From Entomortierella parvispora E1425 (lineage: Eukaryota > Fungi > Mortierellomycota): a DNA stretch of 64,000 nt. Shown in pieces: positions 1 through 13,285 of this stretch (position 1 is its first letter; each line of letters opens with the position of its first letter). The translations under genes were made by a program, and so were the position numbers. The DNA is taken from positions 1,922,001 to 1,986,000 of the forward strand of contig BQFW01000002.1 of the NCBI GenBank assembly GCA_020891255.1. The letters are read 5' to 3'. A model generated the notes under the pieces. That model had not been told where the DNA came from. It ran no database searches and was given only the letters and a program-made list of their open reading frames with translations.

Positions 1-151
1 CGGGCCATGATGTGATGACACCGGTGGGTTGGGGGATGCTGTTGAAATAGGTGGGAGAGGCTTGAATGAGGTAGCTAGCAGTGGGGGTCGCAGCTTGAGC
101 GGTCGTTGCGACAAAAACAGCAGCCAATGCTACAGCTTTGAGGGCCATCAT
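1..151 (-). CDS. 5' end of a probable secreted protein (runs off window start)
   Basis: Minus strand reads MMALKAVALAAVFVATTAQAATPTASYLIQASPTYFNSIPQPTGVITSWP, open to position 1; signal-peptide-like hydrophobic core ending AQA-A. Confidence 0.6.
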   Translation of the reverse strand, partial: MMALKAVALAAVFVATTAQAATPTASYLIQASPTYFNSIPQPTGVITSWP

Positions 152-2958
152 TGAGGGGAGACTATGAGGGTAAAAGAGGTAGGGGAGGGGATGCACGAAC
201 TGAAGAGAATGAGGTGGACAAAGGAAAAAAAGAAAAAAAAATCAAAAAATCGAGGTGGGCGGCCCTGGGTTTTTGTTTGAAAAAAAAACAATCACCGAGA
301 GCGGCGGTTGTGCTCTTTTGTTGGTTGTGCCTGTCCAGCTGGACCTGACGAGATCTATTTTAATGTCTAGGGGGAAGCAACAACAGCTGGAAAGAGTTTC
401 GGCTAACGGGAGCAAGTGGGCACAGGTTTCCTTTTTTCCACTTTAGGTTTTTGGCTTGTATTATCCGAAGAATGATCCGCGTGTAAAAATGGAGAGTTTT
501 GCCCTACCCTTCATTTTTTTTTTGCTCGTGCGTGCATGCAATCACCGTACACGCACAATACACACGGTCCAGCGATCTGCTTCTGATTGCTTTGCGCCAC
601 AAACTGTTCTTGGTTTTCTTATTTTTGGCTTGCTTCTGGTGCGACCAAGCCCGGCGGGATCCTCTTTTAGTTTTGTCGTGTGACATGATGACTGCATTGG
701 GAAGCTGGGTCTACCTTGGCTCTCGCAATGGGAGCCCTAAGAATGCACTAACTTGCCTGTTCTCTTCCCATCAATCTCGGACGTAATGAGCATGACAACA
801 GGTATGAATAACAAACTGCAAACCCCTTCCTGTGAAAAGCACCTCTTCCGAATCAAAAGAGAGTCGGAGAAACCGTCAAGGAACCTAACTGTCTTCATAT
901 AGGGGCGGCGTTTCTAACCACCTATTTTCCTTTTGCTGATGAACGCCTATGTTTATTTTAAGGAGGCAGGTGGGAGAGAATCTGGAACCAAACCTTGAGG
1001 ATAGGGAGTACAGTAATCACCCTGTAGATGACGGATGAGAACATAACACAGCCAGGCGAACACGCCCATTAAATCCCAGTAGCGTGGTGAGTGTAACTCT
1101 CCGGGATGTACTACATAATACCGCATAGTTTTTCCGATACCAAGATCAGGCACGTTTTTTGCACTGTGGGGTCGGTACGCGGTACGCGACCTAGTCCTGC
1201 ATTTGAGCCCGAGCCCACTTTGATGGTACTGTATGTACGAACCCGATTTTGCATGGGATGCCGGGGGGGGGGGGGCCACCAAAAGGGGCAGGGCGGGTGG
1301 ACGGCATAGCCACAGTCGTCGCCAACATCAACAACCAAAAAAAAGGTCAGTTTTAGCGGACCAGCTCCTGAACCCGGCAGAACATTACAACTGTATTGCG
1401 CTCATCAGCAATTTTTTCGATCGTTGTACGACTTGATTGTATGTGCGCAGAAAAAAAACAAAAAAAAGTAGGAGACATCGACGTCCCTCCTCTTTTACCT
1501 GTCAACAAAAAATTATTTATGGATATTGTTCTCTGTTGAACCTGGCTCTCTGTTCTGGCCTTCCATCATCACTCTTTTCCCACCCCGTCTGGAGTTCCTT
1601 TGTAAGCGGGTATACCTCTGCTTTGTCAATTAGGAGAAGCAATGACAATGCAGTCCCAGCTCCAGGTGATTTCGTCACTCGCTGATATTCCTCCCTGTGG
1701 TGTAGAATGCAAAAATATCAAAGCCCAGGGCTCATTGCAGTGCCTCAGTCCTCCCCTGCTAAAGTCGCTATTCTTCCGCTGCGTTTTGAGGTGTGGTCTC
1801 TTTCTCTGTAACCTGTTGTCCGAGATTACCCTGAATTACCTTGAATTACCCGTGCCAGGGCATTCAAGCCCCCTGCGCCCTTCCCATGCATGTCTTTACT
1901 CTGATCCTTACCCCCACTCCCATCTCTCCCTTTGACCTGCATGCGCCCTGATTCAATGAGTCATGCTATGATATACCCTTTCTCGATACAGTAGTGTGAG
2001 ATCAACACTGCCATTGATCATGATCTGTAGGGCTATGTTGTGTGGTCGCTTTCTTTTTTCCTAGGAAAAACAATGTCTTCCGCGGGTCAATCTCGACATG
2101 ATGGTGTCAATTGCAGAGACAAAGAAGTAGAAGTCTTGTCGATAGCAAAGGACCCCAGCTCTCTTCGGCTGTTTATCCTCGAAGTAGTTGAGCTTGTGGT
2201 CACCTATGAGACCTAATTGTTTTTTCCGATTCACAGTGGGGGTGGTCATTCAGTTGTAGACACGGCGAATGCCCTCACATGAGATGATATTGTCCTGGTG
2301 TTGTAGGTGGATGGCTCACACAAAGCCACAGACATCTTGGCTCTACGCCGTTCTTTTTGAGCCACCTGTTTTTACCACGAGTCGTGTTCTCTTTCATTTC
2401 TCGTCAACGACCTCGTGTTTAGGAGGAGGGAGTAAATAAATCTAAGAATAAAACACTCTTCTACATAGAAAAAGCGTTGCGTTGGTGGTTGATTCCAATC
2501 TGCCAGGCACTTCCTTCAGCTGGTGATAATGTCTTTATGCCGCGCAATGCCGCGTCTATGCACCGCGACAGCCCAGTCGCAAGATGCAGCTGCACCCCAA
2601 AAAAAAGGGTTAAGCTACAAAAGTTACCACCGTGCAGGTGAAATACACAAACACGGATCGCCTGCCTCACCACCGAGTCTGGTGTGAATGGTCCCATGTC
2701 GATAAACACCTCTATGCTCATTCTCATTGTTGTCATGGGTACAGACTGACATGCATGTCCTCATGAGAAGAGACATGAATGCGACAACAGAGCCACCCAA
2801 CCAAGAGCCCCCAACCAACGCTCAACCCTTTACGCCACCAATTTCACTCGGTGACTGCGTGCACACACACGCGCACAACAGAGCGACAAACACGCGCACA
2901 AAACAAACGGGAATCTCCACTGCCCTCTTCCCACCCACCATAGCGCATCATCCCCAGG

Positions 2959-4746
2959 ATGGACTCTCGACCGACCGCCTCATTCCCCACTGTGCGGGTG
3001 TCTGCCTCGGATGCACAGCCAAGACGAACCCCATTCTCGCCTAATGGGCGCGAGGGCAGGACATTGAAAACGCAACATTACAGCACCACACCCAAGACTG
3101 CTCCCAATCGAGAGTACTTTGACTTCATCCGCAAGGGAGGAATCACCCTGTCAGACCTGGAATCAACTCCAACTCCAGGACCAGTCGATAGTTTGGCATC
3201 CAGGGGGCCAGACAATAGTCGCACTAAAAACATTTCAGTAGAGGACCTCTCCACGCTTGAAAACGATGATCAAGAGGTTCAAGAACAGGGCCTAGACGCT
3301 CCCACGGACGAGCTGGACCGGATCCCCGTAAGCTCCAACATTATGGCGTTTGCAAGGAAATCCATTATGCAGCACGCAACAACGCAACCGCGATCCATCT
3401 TCAGTCGACTGAATGAAAAGAAACTCCAGGGCGCCAAACCAGCCTCTCTCGCAACTGCACAGCCATCACCAGCTGCTACAAATGCCCCTTCTAGTTCTCG
3501 AACGTGCGGACTAGAGAGACCCACTCTAAAGTCGACCACATCGCCTTTTGTATCTCGTCCAAACACATCCCCCACAGTTTTGACCGCTACCACCGTAAGC
3601 AGTAGCACGCCTTCGACTTTGACGAGGCCTGTATTAACACCAGCAGCTGCGCCAAAGCCGCCAATACCCGGCAGGAGTGTCCTCGATTTTTCTGGAGCAT
3701 CAGGATCGGCACTACTGAAGAAGAAGCCAATCAGTTTTGAACCACCCACAAGCGCGATAGCACCTCCGCCATCTATTATGGAGTCGGCAGTGCGGCACTC
3801 TGTGCCCTCAACGCTGCCGCCTGCAGCTTCAGAAGACACCAAAATGGACGATAATCCATCAGAAAAGACCAAGGAACAGAGTCAGGCAAAAACGGAAAAG
3901 GATCCATCCAACCCAGTTGCGTTTGACCTCCGAGCTTTGCTTCGTCAGGTACAGTGGTGCATTGGTTGATGGGGGTCGGTGTACAAACCATATGGCGCGA
4001 CATAACGTGCTAATGTCCATTTCTCGTGTTAGGACTCTGCAAGAGTACAATATCGTTTACCAAATCTTGTTGCGTCGCTGTCTCCACCTACCAGTCCGAA
4101 AAGACCCTCACCCTATGATATCCCTTCCTTGAAGGAACGCGAGGCCCTAAGAGCTCGGAGAATGCCGCGTTTCAAGGCTAGACCGCTGAATCCCAAAGTT
4201 TTCACGAGCGCTGGCGATCTAGGCGTGCCTAGGATCCCTAAGCAACCTCTGACCGTCCCGAAATCTCCGGTATTTAGCCGGACGAGGGTGAGACGCGACA
4301 TGATTTCAACACCAGGGCAGCCTCCTGCGACCCCTCGCACCAGTACTGCCGCACGACTACAGAGTGTACTGAGGGAGGGTGTGAAGCGATCACGGATAGT
4401 GGAAACAGCGGATAAGGGAACAAACTCTGCACAGACGTCATCATCGACTTTTGCAGCAGAGAGGAATCACCCCACGCAGTCATCGACAACGGCATGGTCA
4501 GGTCAACTCTCTGTCCCGTCTGTTGATCAAGTGCGTCTTATTCCAAAAACCCCTGTCGCGCCATCAGTCTCTTCCGCAGTCCGAAATACCCCACGGTCTT
4601 TTCCTCCTTCGAACCTTCGACGGCCCAATTCAACCAGGCCGGCGTTAACAAACCCCAGACCTTTTAAATTTGCTACTACCGAGTTGCAACGGAAGCGCAT
4701 GAAGGCGGCCAACTCCAACGCTTTGACATTGGCAGACTTGGCCTGA
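2959..4746 (+). CDS. Ser/Pro/Thr-rich protein with TPX2-like microtubule-binding motifs (2 exons)
   Basis: Exons 2959-3948 and 4033-4746 join in frame across GT..AG intron 3949-4032. Motif RFKARPLNPKVF...PLTVPKSPVF and C-terminal LTNPRPFKFAT resemble TPX2-family repeats. Confidence 0.6.
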
Positions 4747-5777
4747 TATGGGAAAACCGTTTCCCGAACGGAAAAGAATAAACAAAGTGTATATATTTTT
4801 GTATTTTATAACGCTATGGAGTCCAGCGAGCAGGTGCAATTCCAATTGGAGTTACCATAACAGACATTCTTTATCTTCAAGGTCAAGGAAGACACGAATA
4901 GGAAATATGCCACCGCTGTCCAGCATTCTGAACAGCACCCGTCGTGAGAAGACCACAGTTCCAAAGCCATGAACGTGAAAATCAGGATTGGCCTCAACCA
5001 CCAAGCCAACGCTGACAACAATCAAAACAAAAACTTGTGTGTTCGAGCTCATCATGGACCCGAGTGTTCCCAGGCCAAAACTCGGCTTCGTGTAACGCAA
5101 CGATTAAAAATCATAAATAACGAGGACGCCGAGATAGTCTTACGCCCGCTCTTTTTCACTTGGAAAGAACCAAGAAGAAAAACACTCGGACACAAAACCT
5201 GCCACATAGAAAAACGCCCGCAGGTACACTCTTCGGAAAAACGGCATAGCATGCTGCTCGTGAAAAAAGAAAGGGAGAGAGTCACTGGCAAACGATGGCA
5301 CTAAAAGAGAAGAGAGCAGAGCAGAGCAGTGATGACGGCGCCCGAGACAGGGGACAACAAGTAGAGACACAACAAACAGGGGGTCATTCACCATTGGATT
5401 TGTGCGACAGGAACAACAAACAATGAAAGGGGACAGCCATGGCGATAAACAAGAGACTGGACACGGGTAATGGTCCCAATCCTGCCCAGATATGAAGCGG
5501 ATGGGCGACCTTGGGTCGATTGCTTGTCCCCCTTCTTTCGTGTGTTCCGTTCCGTTCTTTCCTCTTTTTGTTTTCCTTCCCTCTTTCCTTCCGCATCCCT
5601 CCTCTCCTCTCCTTCTTCATCTCTTACCCTTACCCCTTCCTCTCTGGTGCCCTTTCTTGGCTGCCAATTGAGCCCCAATCTACCCCCATCCTTTTCTGTT
5701 ACAACCTCAGGCTTTTAGCCAAAACCTCACTCACTTAGGGAATATCTTTTCTCAGAACATCCCTCTTCGTTTCAACC

Positions 5778-8476
5778 ATGCTGTTCGTTTGGTTGGCCAT
5801 TGTGCTGCCTCCCACGCTCGTCTTTGCGTATGTCGCGCTCTCGGGCCTCTTTCTCTTGCTTCGCTCGGGTCTCCAAAACCCGCAGTCGCGTCTTGGACCT
5901 CTGTTGGTGGTCTTGATCATTGTGTCGGGATATCTTCTCTCCTTCCACCAAGCCTCGCGCTTTATCTGGAAGGATATGGTGGGTCCCTTTGTCTCTCAGA
6001 TCCTGCATCAATTGGGCACCATTGTTCTCGGCGCTGGACCCTCAACCGCGCCCGTGCTGTCGCCGACAACCGTCTTGTCTGAACAAAAGAATGACTGGCT
6101 TGGACCGAGCACTGCGGTCCTGCTGCCCATCATTGAGAAGGAGGCGCACTTGTCGCATCTTGTCGCGTTGTTTTTGGGCCTTTTCATGTCGTCGTATGTC
6201 ACGACCATGACCGATTCGCTCAAGAAGAGACAGATTCCCCAGTACATGTAAGAGCAAATAGAGAATGAGATGACCTCGATGAGCATTATGCATCTCATGC
6301 TTAGTTCTGTGTTTCTTGCACCACCACTGGTACCACAGCACCAGTACTACTGTCGCCACCATTTGTGTTTTTTTTTTTTTTTTTTTTCGATCTGACATAT
6401 CCCCTTTCTTTTATTTTTCTTTTGTTTGTCTGTCCATTTGTCTGAAGGTACTCGTTCGCGGACACGTCCTTCCGTATCGTTCTCAGTCTCGAGTTCTATC
6501 TCGGCACGGTCCTCTGGTTCCGCTTCTGCCTGGCGCCTGTCCTGGCCCACCTGGGACTGACCGCGTCGCGTGAGAGCAACATCGCGTGGATGGGGACCTT
6601 GGTTCTCGGGTTCTCGCACACGACCGCGTTTGCGTTTGGCAACTTTTTGTACCAAGACTACTATCGACGGGGCTTTGACAAGAAGCCCGAGTACGCGTTC
6701 ATCAAGTACTATTCGATCTATGGATCCATCTTTGTTGCTGGCAGAATGGCCAGCCAAGTTCTCTGTCAGATAAAAAGTAAGTAGCATCCTAATCTTTTTG
6801 TCCAATGTTCCTGTGGGACTCTTGTTATTCTTGCCTCTTACCGTTCATTACCATTTGCCTATTATGTCCAGCTTGCACGCGCGACGGCGAGGCCTTGCTT
6901 ATGCTTGCCATCTACTTTTTGGCTTTTCTTCATGTCACGATCGAGAACGAGACCTTCCATGTAAGTCCTATTTGCTCTTGGCCTAGACCCAAAAGTGAAC
7001 AGACGCAACAACAACAACAAAACGCGACTGCACAGACCTGCATTGGTCTGTTGCAAAAGTGCAACCAAAAAAAACATCCATTGACTTTCCTTCCCCCTTA
7101 CTTTTTAGAACGTGATCTGGCCCTTGATGACAGTTGGAAGTTTCGCTGTCTTTTTCTTGGACGCCTACCTTAAGCCCATCTTTGCCAGTATGGCCTCGGC
7201 CTTGATGGTCCCTTTGACTACTACCCCACCTCTCCTGCTCGTTATTTTCTCCAGCATCTTGGGCGCCAGCGCTGTTCGCTTCATGCAGGCCAGCCCTAGA
7301 CCCGAGATGGCTCCTGTCTTTGAGCAAATCCATGACCAGAAACGTCGCGCCAATCAATTCCCTCCCCCTTTCCCCAATGGATGGTACAAGCTTGCTCGTT
7401 CCGCCGAATTGAAGCCAGGTCAGGTCATCAACGTCAATGGACTTGGCCGTTCGTTTGCTGTGTTCAGAGGCGAGGTGGACGAGGAGATTCATGTCTTGGA
7501 CGCTCTCTGCCCCCATCTCGGAGCCAACATGGCCATTGGAGGTGTTGTGGAGGGTGACGCGGTCAAGTGTCCCTTCCACGGATGGAAGTTTGATGGCAAG
7601 GGACATTGCATTGATATTCCGTATGCCAAGAGCATCCCCAGTCTTGCTCGTACGAAACGATGGACTCACAGAGAATACGCGGGTATTATTGTGATTTGGT
7701 ACGATGCTGAGGAGCGTGAACCCATGTACGAACCGGTTCCGTTCCCGTTGGCTGAAGGAACGTTCAGACGCATCGGACACCGTCGCGGAACATTGCCCAT
7801 GCACATTCAGGACTTTGCTGAAAATGCATCCGACTGGTAAAAATCTCTTTCAACGCGCTTGAAGATTTTTTGGATCATTTCTTCTTGGTCATCGCTTTGC
7901 TAACAGTTGGCGTTTACAAATTGTTTTCTGTCAAATAGGATGCACTTCAGTCTTTTGCACGACCGCTTGTCGATCCCGATCCTGGATCGATTCTTTTACA
8001 TCAAACACAAGACAAAGTGCGACTATGATCCAGAGACCAACCCTTTCAACTTCGTGTTCAATGACTACCCGACCGTGCACTCAATCTTTAGCGATGAGCC
8101 GATCCAGTCCGCCGAGGCGGTGGCGCGGGTGGAGTTTACGGGACCGGGTGGTCTTGTGTACTTCCGCTTCTTCACCCCCGCAGGTCAAGTTGTGGTCATA
8201 AAGTCGTTCTTGCCTGTGGGTGAAAAGGGACTGCAGCTGACGATGGAAGACGAGGCGTTTGCGGAGAAGAGTGTTCCCTGGCTCGCGGCCAAGCACATCA
8301 TCCGCGAGGCGAACAAGGCGTTTGACGACGACATCTTTGTGTGGCGCCACAAGACGTACAAGCACAAGCCGGTGTTTGTGAAGGAGGACGCGCCCGTGAA
8401 GCAGTTCCGCGACTATTACAAAAAGTTTTACTCGCCCAACAGCCGCACGTACGCCCATGATCAACTGGACTGGTAA
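5778..8476 (+). CDS. nvd: Rieske non-heme iron oxygenase, Neverland/DAF-36 (cholesterol 7-desaturase)-like, with polytopic N-terminal domain
   Basis: Five exons 5778-6247, 6448-6776, 6872-6960, 7109-7836, 7939-8476 splice in frame (2154 nt, 717 aa). Rieske CPHLGA...CPFHGW; PPPFPNGWY; mononuclear Fe motif ENASDWMHFSLLH spans the last intron; ends LDW. Confidence 0.85.
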
Positions 8477-9040
8477 GTCCGGGATGGTCCTCTCCTTCCT
8501 TTCGTGCTATGATTCTTTTTGTGGCATACATAGGCGATTCGATGGATGTCTCTTTTATTTGCTTGATGTGGACAGTGTTGAGTCGTGTCCCATGCTATCA
8601 TTCCTTCTTGACCCTTGTCTGCTCGTTGTGCTGGCCGGTCTGTCTTCTTCAAGGTCAGACGCTGTTATTGAATTCACAAGTAATAAAAGAACAAAAAAAA
8701 AAAAAAAAAAAAAAACGCGACATCCCCAACCGCCCATCCATCCAATCCAACCCTTTCAACAGTCACCGCTCTTTTTGTGCGCGTGTCTTAATACTCCATG
8801 TGACAAATAGGGACATGCATCATTATTCTTTTCCTCTTCTTCTTCTTCTTCTTTCATCACTACATCTTTCTTTTGTCGTCCATCCACACGACACGACTCA
8901 CTGCGCTCAGGGGACCATAGAGAGAGACTGACCCCTCTACTGACACTACCGACAGGGACCCACAGGAATCCCGCAGGAGCACAGTCAGAACTACCATCCC
9001 CGCGAGCTCTCATTCTCATTCTCAAGGAAGCCCATCGTCC

Positions 9041-12000
9041 ATGCAGAACCAGCCAAGGCGACAGCCGCCTCCTCAACAGCGGATGAACGTCCCGCCTCCA
9101 CCGGGACATGGACCTCCACCACCCCAGGGACAGTACATGCGCCAAGGACCACCTCCTCCTCGCCCAATGGGACCTGGCCCTGGCATGTATCCACCCAACA
9201 TGCAGCAAGGCATGAGCAACTACCCACCGCCCAATATGCCTCCCAACATGCGACCCCGTCCACCTTCCAACATGATGCCCATGGGCAGCCAGATGAACAT
9301 GAACGGACAGCGACATCAGATGAGCGGACCCATACCTCCTATGGGCGGCCAAATGCGTCCAATGGGCATGGGTGGTCCTCCACCCATGGGCCGACACGGC
9401 ACGGTAAACATGGGACCTCCCATGGGCCCCCCTCGACCCAACCATGTCATCTCTGGATTCAGGGCCCCGCCACCGCCAGGACAGGGACCAGGCATGGGAC
9501 CAGGATCCGGCTCCTCTGGCAGTTCGGCGCACTCGGCACCCTTGTCTATCTACGGAGGCATTGGCACGCCCACCAACGGCCCTGGATCCACACCCGCGTA
9601 CCCACCGGTGCCTGCGCCCATGGCCCCTGTCAACTACCAGCCAAAGACCTCACACGGCGCTTCGCCGGTCAGTCGCACCATCACCTCTTCTCCAAGCCCG
9701 ATACCAGGATCTGGACCCTCTCCTTCTGGACCCCCAGCTCCGATCCCGCCCAAGGCATTGCGTCGTGAAAATTCTTCTCCCCGCAAGGATTCGACTTCGA
9801 GCACAGGGCGCAAGGAAACGCCATCGCCACAGGTCAGGAATGAACAGCCTTCTTTGCCATCGCCTGTGATTCGAAAGGAAGTGCCAGGACCACCACCCCC
9901 TCAACCCTCTTCGACATCGACCCCTATCCCTCGACCTCCAATGAGGAGAGATACGTCGTCCTCCTTGAAGTCACAAAAGGATGCACCTCTGCCATCGCCT
10001 ACCTTGAAGAAGGAGGTCCCGGTTCCTCAACGCAAGGAAACGCCACCGCAGCCAATGAATCAACAACCTCTGCGAAAGAACCTCATCTCAGTGTCGTCCC
10101 CCTCTATGAGCTCTCCTCTTGTGTCAGGTCGGCCACCGGTCGTGGAAGTCGCCCAGTTTGGTCGGGAGGGATTTAACCATGAGGATTGTAAGACTATGAC
10201 TCGACAAAGAGCTGGAAGTCGACATGTTGATATTTTCATGAACAAGCGTACTAAACACCAAATTACCTCTTTTTTTTTTCCGACAGATTTGACTCAAAAT
10301 TTGGCCAACGCCAGCGAGGAAACCATCCGAGCATTCCTGCAGTCTCTAAAAGACTCCAAGTCGATGGCGGCTGGAGATCTTCAGGACAATGTCTTCAAGA
10401 ACTACAACGAATTCGTGACGATTTCAAAGGAGATTTCAAAGCTCGAGAGTGACATGCAGACATTACGAGGACTCTTGGATGATCTCAAAACGGCGAGTGA
10501 TAACCTTCAGGATGACGACGACGAGTTTTTGTTGACAGCTGGTAAGAGATATTGGAATTGAAAGGAACGAGCATCCGTGGTATGGACATTCTAACAAATG
10601 TTAGCCAATTAATTACTCATTTTTCCATTTTTTTTTTTTTTGTTATTTACGTAGGTATTGAGGATTCCGCGCCTGTGGTTCCTAAGCGTATGACCGTTAT
10701 GGTGTCCAGCATGTCGGATCTGACCTCAGTCTGGAAGGCACAAATGATGGCTCTGTGGGAGGGTATTGAAGGCGCACAGGTACTTATTCGAGAGATGCAC
10801 AGAGTACTACAAATGTTCAGTTGCGTTTTGATGAACTCACTCTTCCTGGTTTCCTTGCGTAGAAAATGTTGCCATATCACTCGAAACGCCACTTGATTCG
10901 AGAATCACCCAGTTTTGTAGAAGTGAACATGTCAACCAACAAGATCAAGCACCCTGTTCACATTGTGCTTATGAACGATACCCTTTTGGTGGCTACACGC
11001 AAGAAGAAGACTGCGGCCCATTCAAAATTCAAGCTGTTGGGAGACCGGTGTTGGCCGCTGACCGAAATTACGATCGAGGACATGAAGGATACCGCTGGTA
11101 CGTCTCCTGAGCAGATGTGTCCTTATGGGTCGATGATTCATTTGAGGCACCGTTTGACCAAAAACCTCTTTTTTTTATCTTGTCGGATATAGATATCAGA
11201 AACGCAATCAAGATCACACATGGCACAGAGGTGTTTGTGTACAAAACAGAGAAGGGCCAGGAGAAGCAGACAATGCTGGTGAATGCCAAGCGTTCGACGG
11301 AAGAAATGTTGGCCCGTACAAACGAGTCTCGCAACAAGGGAGGCATGTTTGGTTTTGCGCCTGCGATGCCTAATCGCGCTGGCATGCCTTTCAGAACCTC
11401 AGTCGGATCGAACCAGACCGATACCCGTTGGTTGGCAGAGTTCACAGATGAGCTGGACGTTCTAATTGCTCAACATGACTTCGATGGCGCTGTAACAGGG
11501 ATTGAAAAGGGTAAGGCAATGGTCGTCTGCCTCTTTGTTTGTTTTTCCATCAAGAATTGCTCAAGCCAATGCTTGATATTAATATGGACTGTATTTTCTA
11601 GCAACGGTGATGCTGTCGCAGATGACAACATTGCCCGCCACCAAAAAGGAAGAGACTCGTAAGCGACTGGATGAGCGTGTCTCTCGCTTGTCACGCGCCA
11701 TCCTTATGAACCTTGGACAGGCGCACATTACAAAGTTGGCAGTGCAACGAGATGTGGGCTGGCTTGAGCGACTCGGCTGCCTGGATCAGGCTAGAGATGT
11801 ATTCTTGGGTAACAGGACAAAGGTTATTCGCAGCAGAACAAGGTAATGATCAGATGGACGGAGACAGCCTTAGACAATATGGGGCCAGACTAACAAACTC
11901 GACATATCCTCTTCTTGCCAATATAGCCAAGTAAAGCCAAAGAGGGATCCTGCAGTCCATGTCGAAGAACTTGCAATGATTGTGTTTACATCAATCAAGA

Positions 12001-13017
12001 ACACATCAGAGTGGTATGAGCTGTCGTTCAAGGATCCAAAGATGTCTTCAGCCTTGGTCAAGTGGGCCAAGCAAGAGATCGAGGCCTTTGCAGACTTGTA
12101 CAAGGATATCGTGTTTGGAAACAGCCAGCAGGGAATGAACTTCCAGGTCATTGCCGATTGCTTCAAGATTACTCAGGATCAATGCAATAAGGTATGTACC
12201 CCTTTGGACACTTTGACAATTAGCGACCATGAAAGGATAATTTTGTTTAACCGATATGACTGATATTACTTTCAATTGAAATTAGCTGCGAGATGCGGGC
12301 TTGGATATGGTCTTTGTTCTGGAAACAGTGCTCCTGCCCTACTTGACCGAGACAATCGCTGAACATGAGCGTCGCTGCCTGGAGCGGATGGATGCCATTA
12401 TCGAGCATGATGACTTTGCGCCAATGTCTGGAGAGGACTTGGGTATGAACCTGTTGTCCTTCTTGATCGCCCACATGACGCGACAGTTGGCGGATCTAAT
12501 TTCTCTTTGACTAACATACTTTTTTGTAACCTCTATCAAAATCATCCTTAGGTTCGCCGACGCCATTGTCTGCGAGCATGGTTGCCTTCTACACTGTGAT
12601 GCTTCAATTTGTGAACAACATCTGCCTGATTGGATCCCTGACTCTGTATTCTCGCATTGTGGACTCGATCGCCATCTTGTTCAAGGCGTATTTGAACAGG
12701 ACAATCCAGGTCTATGAGGAGCGCGGCATGACGGATGAGCAGCGTGCGGTCGCCAACTCGAACTTCCAGTTCATCTCTGAGAGCTTTATCTCGAGGGTGA
12801 TTGTGCAGCTCCGTCATCAATTCGATCGTCCTATTCCAGAGCTTGATGTGGTCCGCGAGGAACTTGGAGGTAAAAAAAAAAAAAAAAAAAATCGAATCGA
12901 ATCGAATCGAATGTTTTCATTCCCGGCATTGCCTTCTATAATATGATGTTGTATTAGTCGTACTGACCCTCTCTTTTTGTGTCTCTCTATACAATCATAG
13001 GAGTCGAACTTTCTTAA
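9041..13017 (+). CDS. EXO84: Exocyst subunit Exo84 (multi-exon, long Pro/Met/Gly-rich N-terminus)
   Basis: Vps51/Exo84-N segment LQDNVFKNYNEFVTISKEISKLESDM; PH-like segment HIVLMNDTLLVA; Exo84-C segment ELDVLIAQHDFDGAV; GT-AG introns; last exon 13001-13017 ends VELS*. Confidence 0.9.
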
Positions 13018-13285
13018 GGACAGGCATGTTGGTCTTGGATGAAAAAAGTGACGTTAACACTCCACCTCTCCCTCCTAAAATCATAAAGCGAAAATAATCT
13101 TACAGTATGTGTCTGGGCGTGTTGTTTGTGTTGTGGAAGAAGGCAGTATCCCACCCGTGTTTAGGCAGGAACTTTTAAATATCCAAAGGTGCTCATTAGA
13201 CGATTCCACGGCTCGGCCCTATTCTGCCTAAAGACCCACGCACTTGAAGTAGAATGTGCTCAGAGTAAAAATCAAAGTTCAAATT

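Noticed and set aside
900-2750. Short ORFs as a transposon remnant or gene
   Set aside because: No motif, splice-consistent model or terminal repeats could be found.
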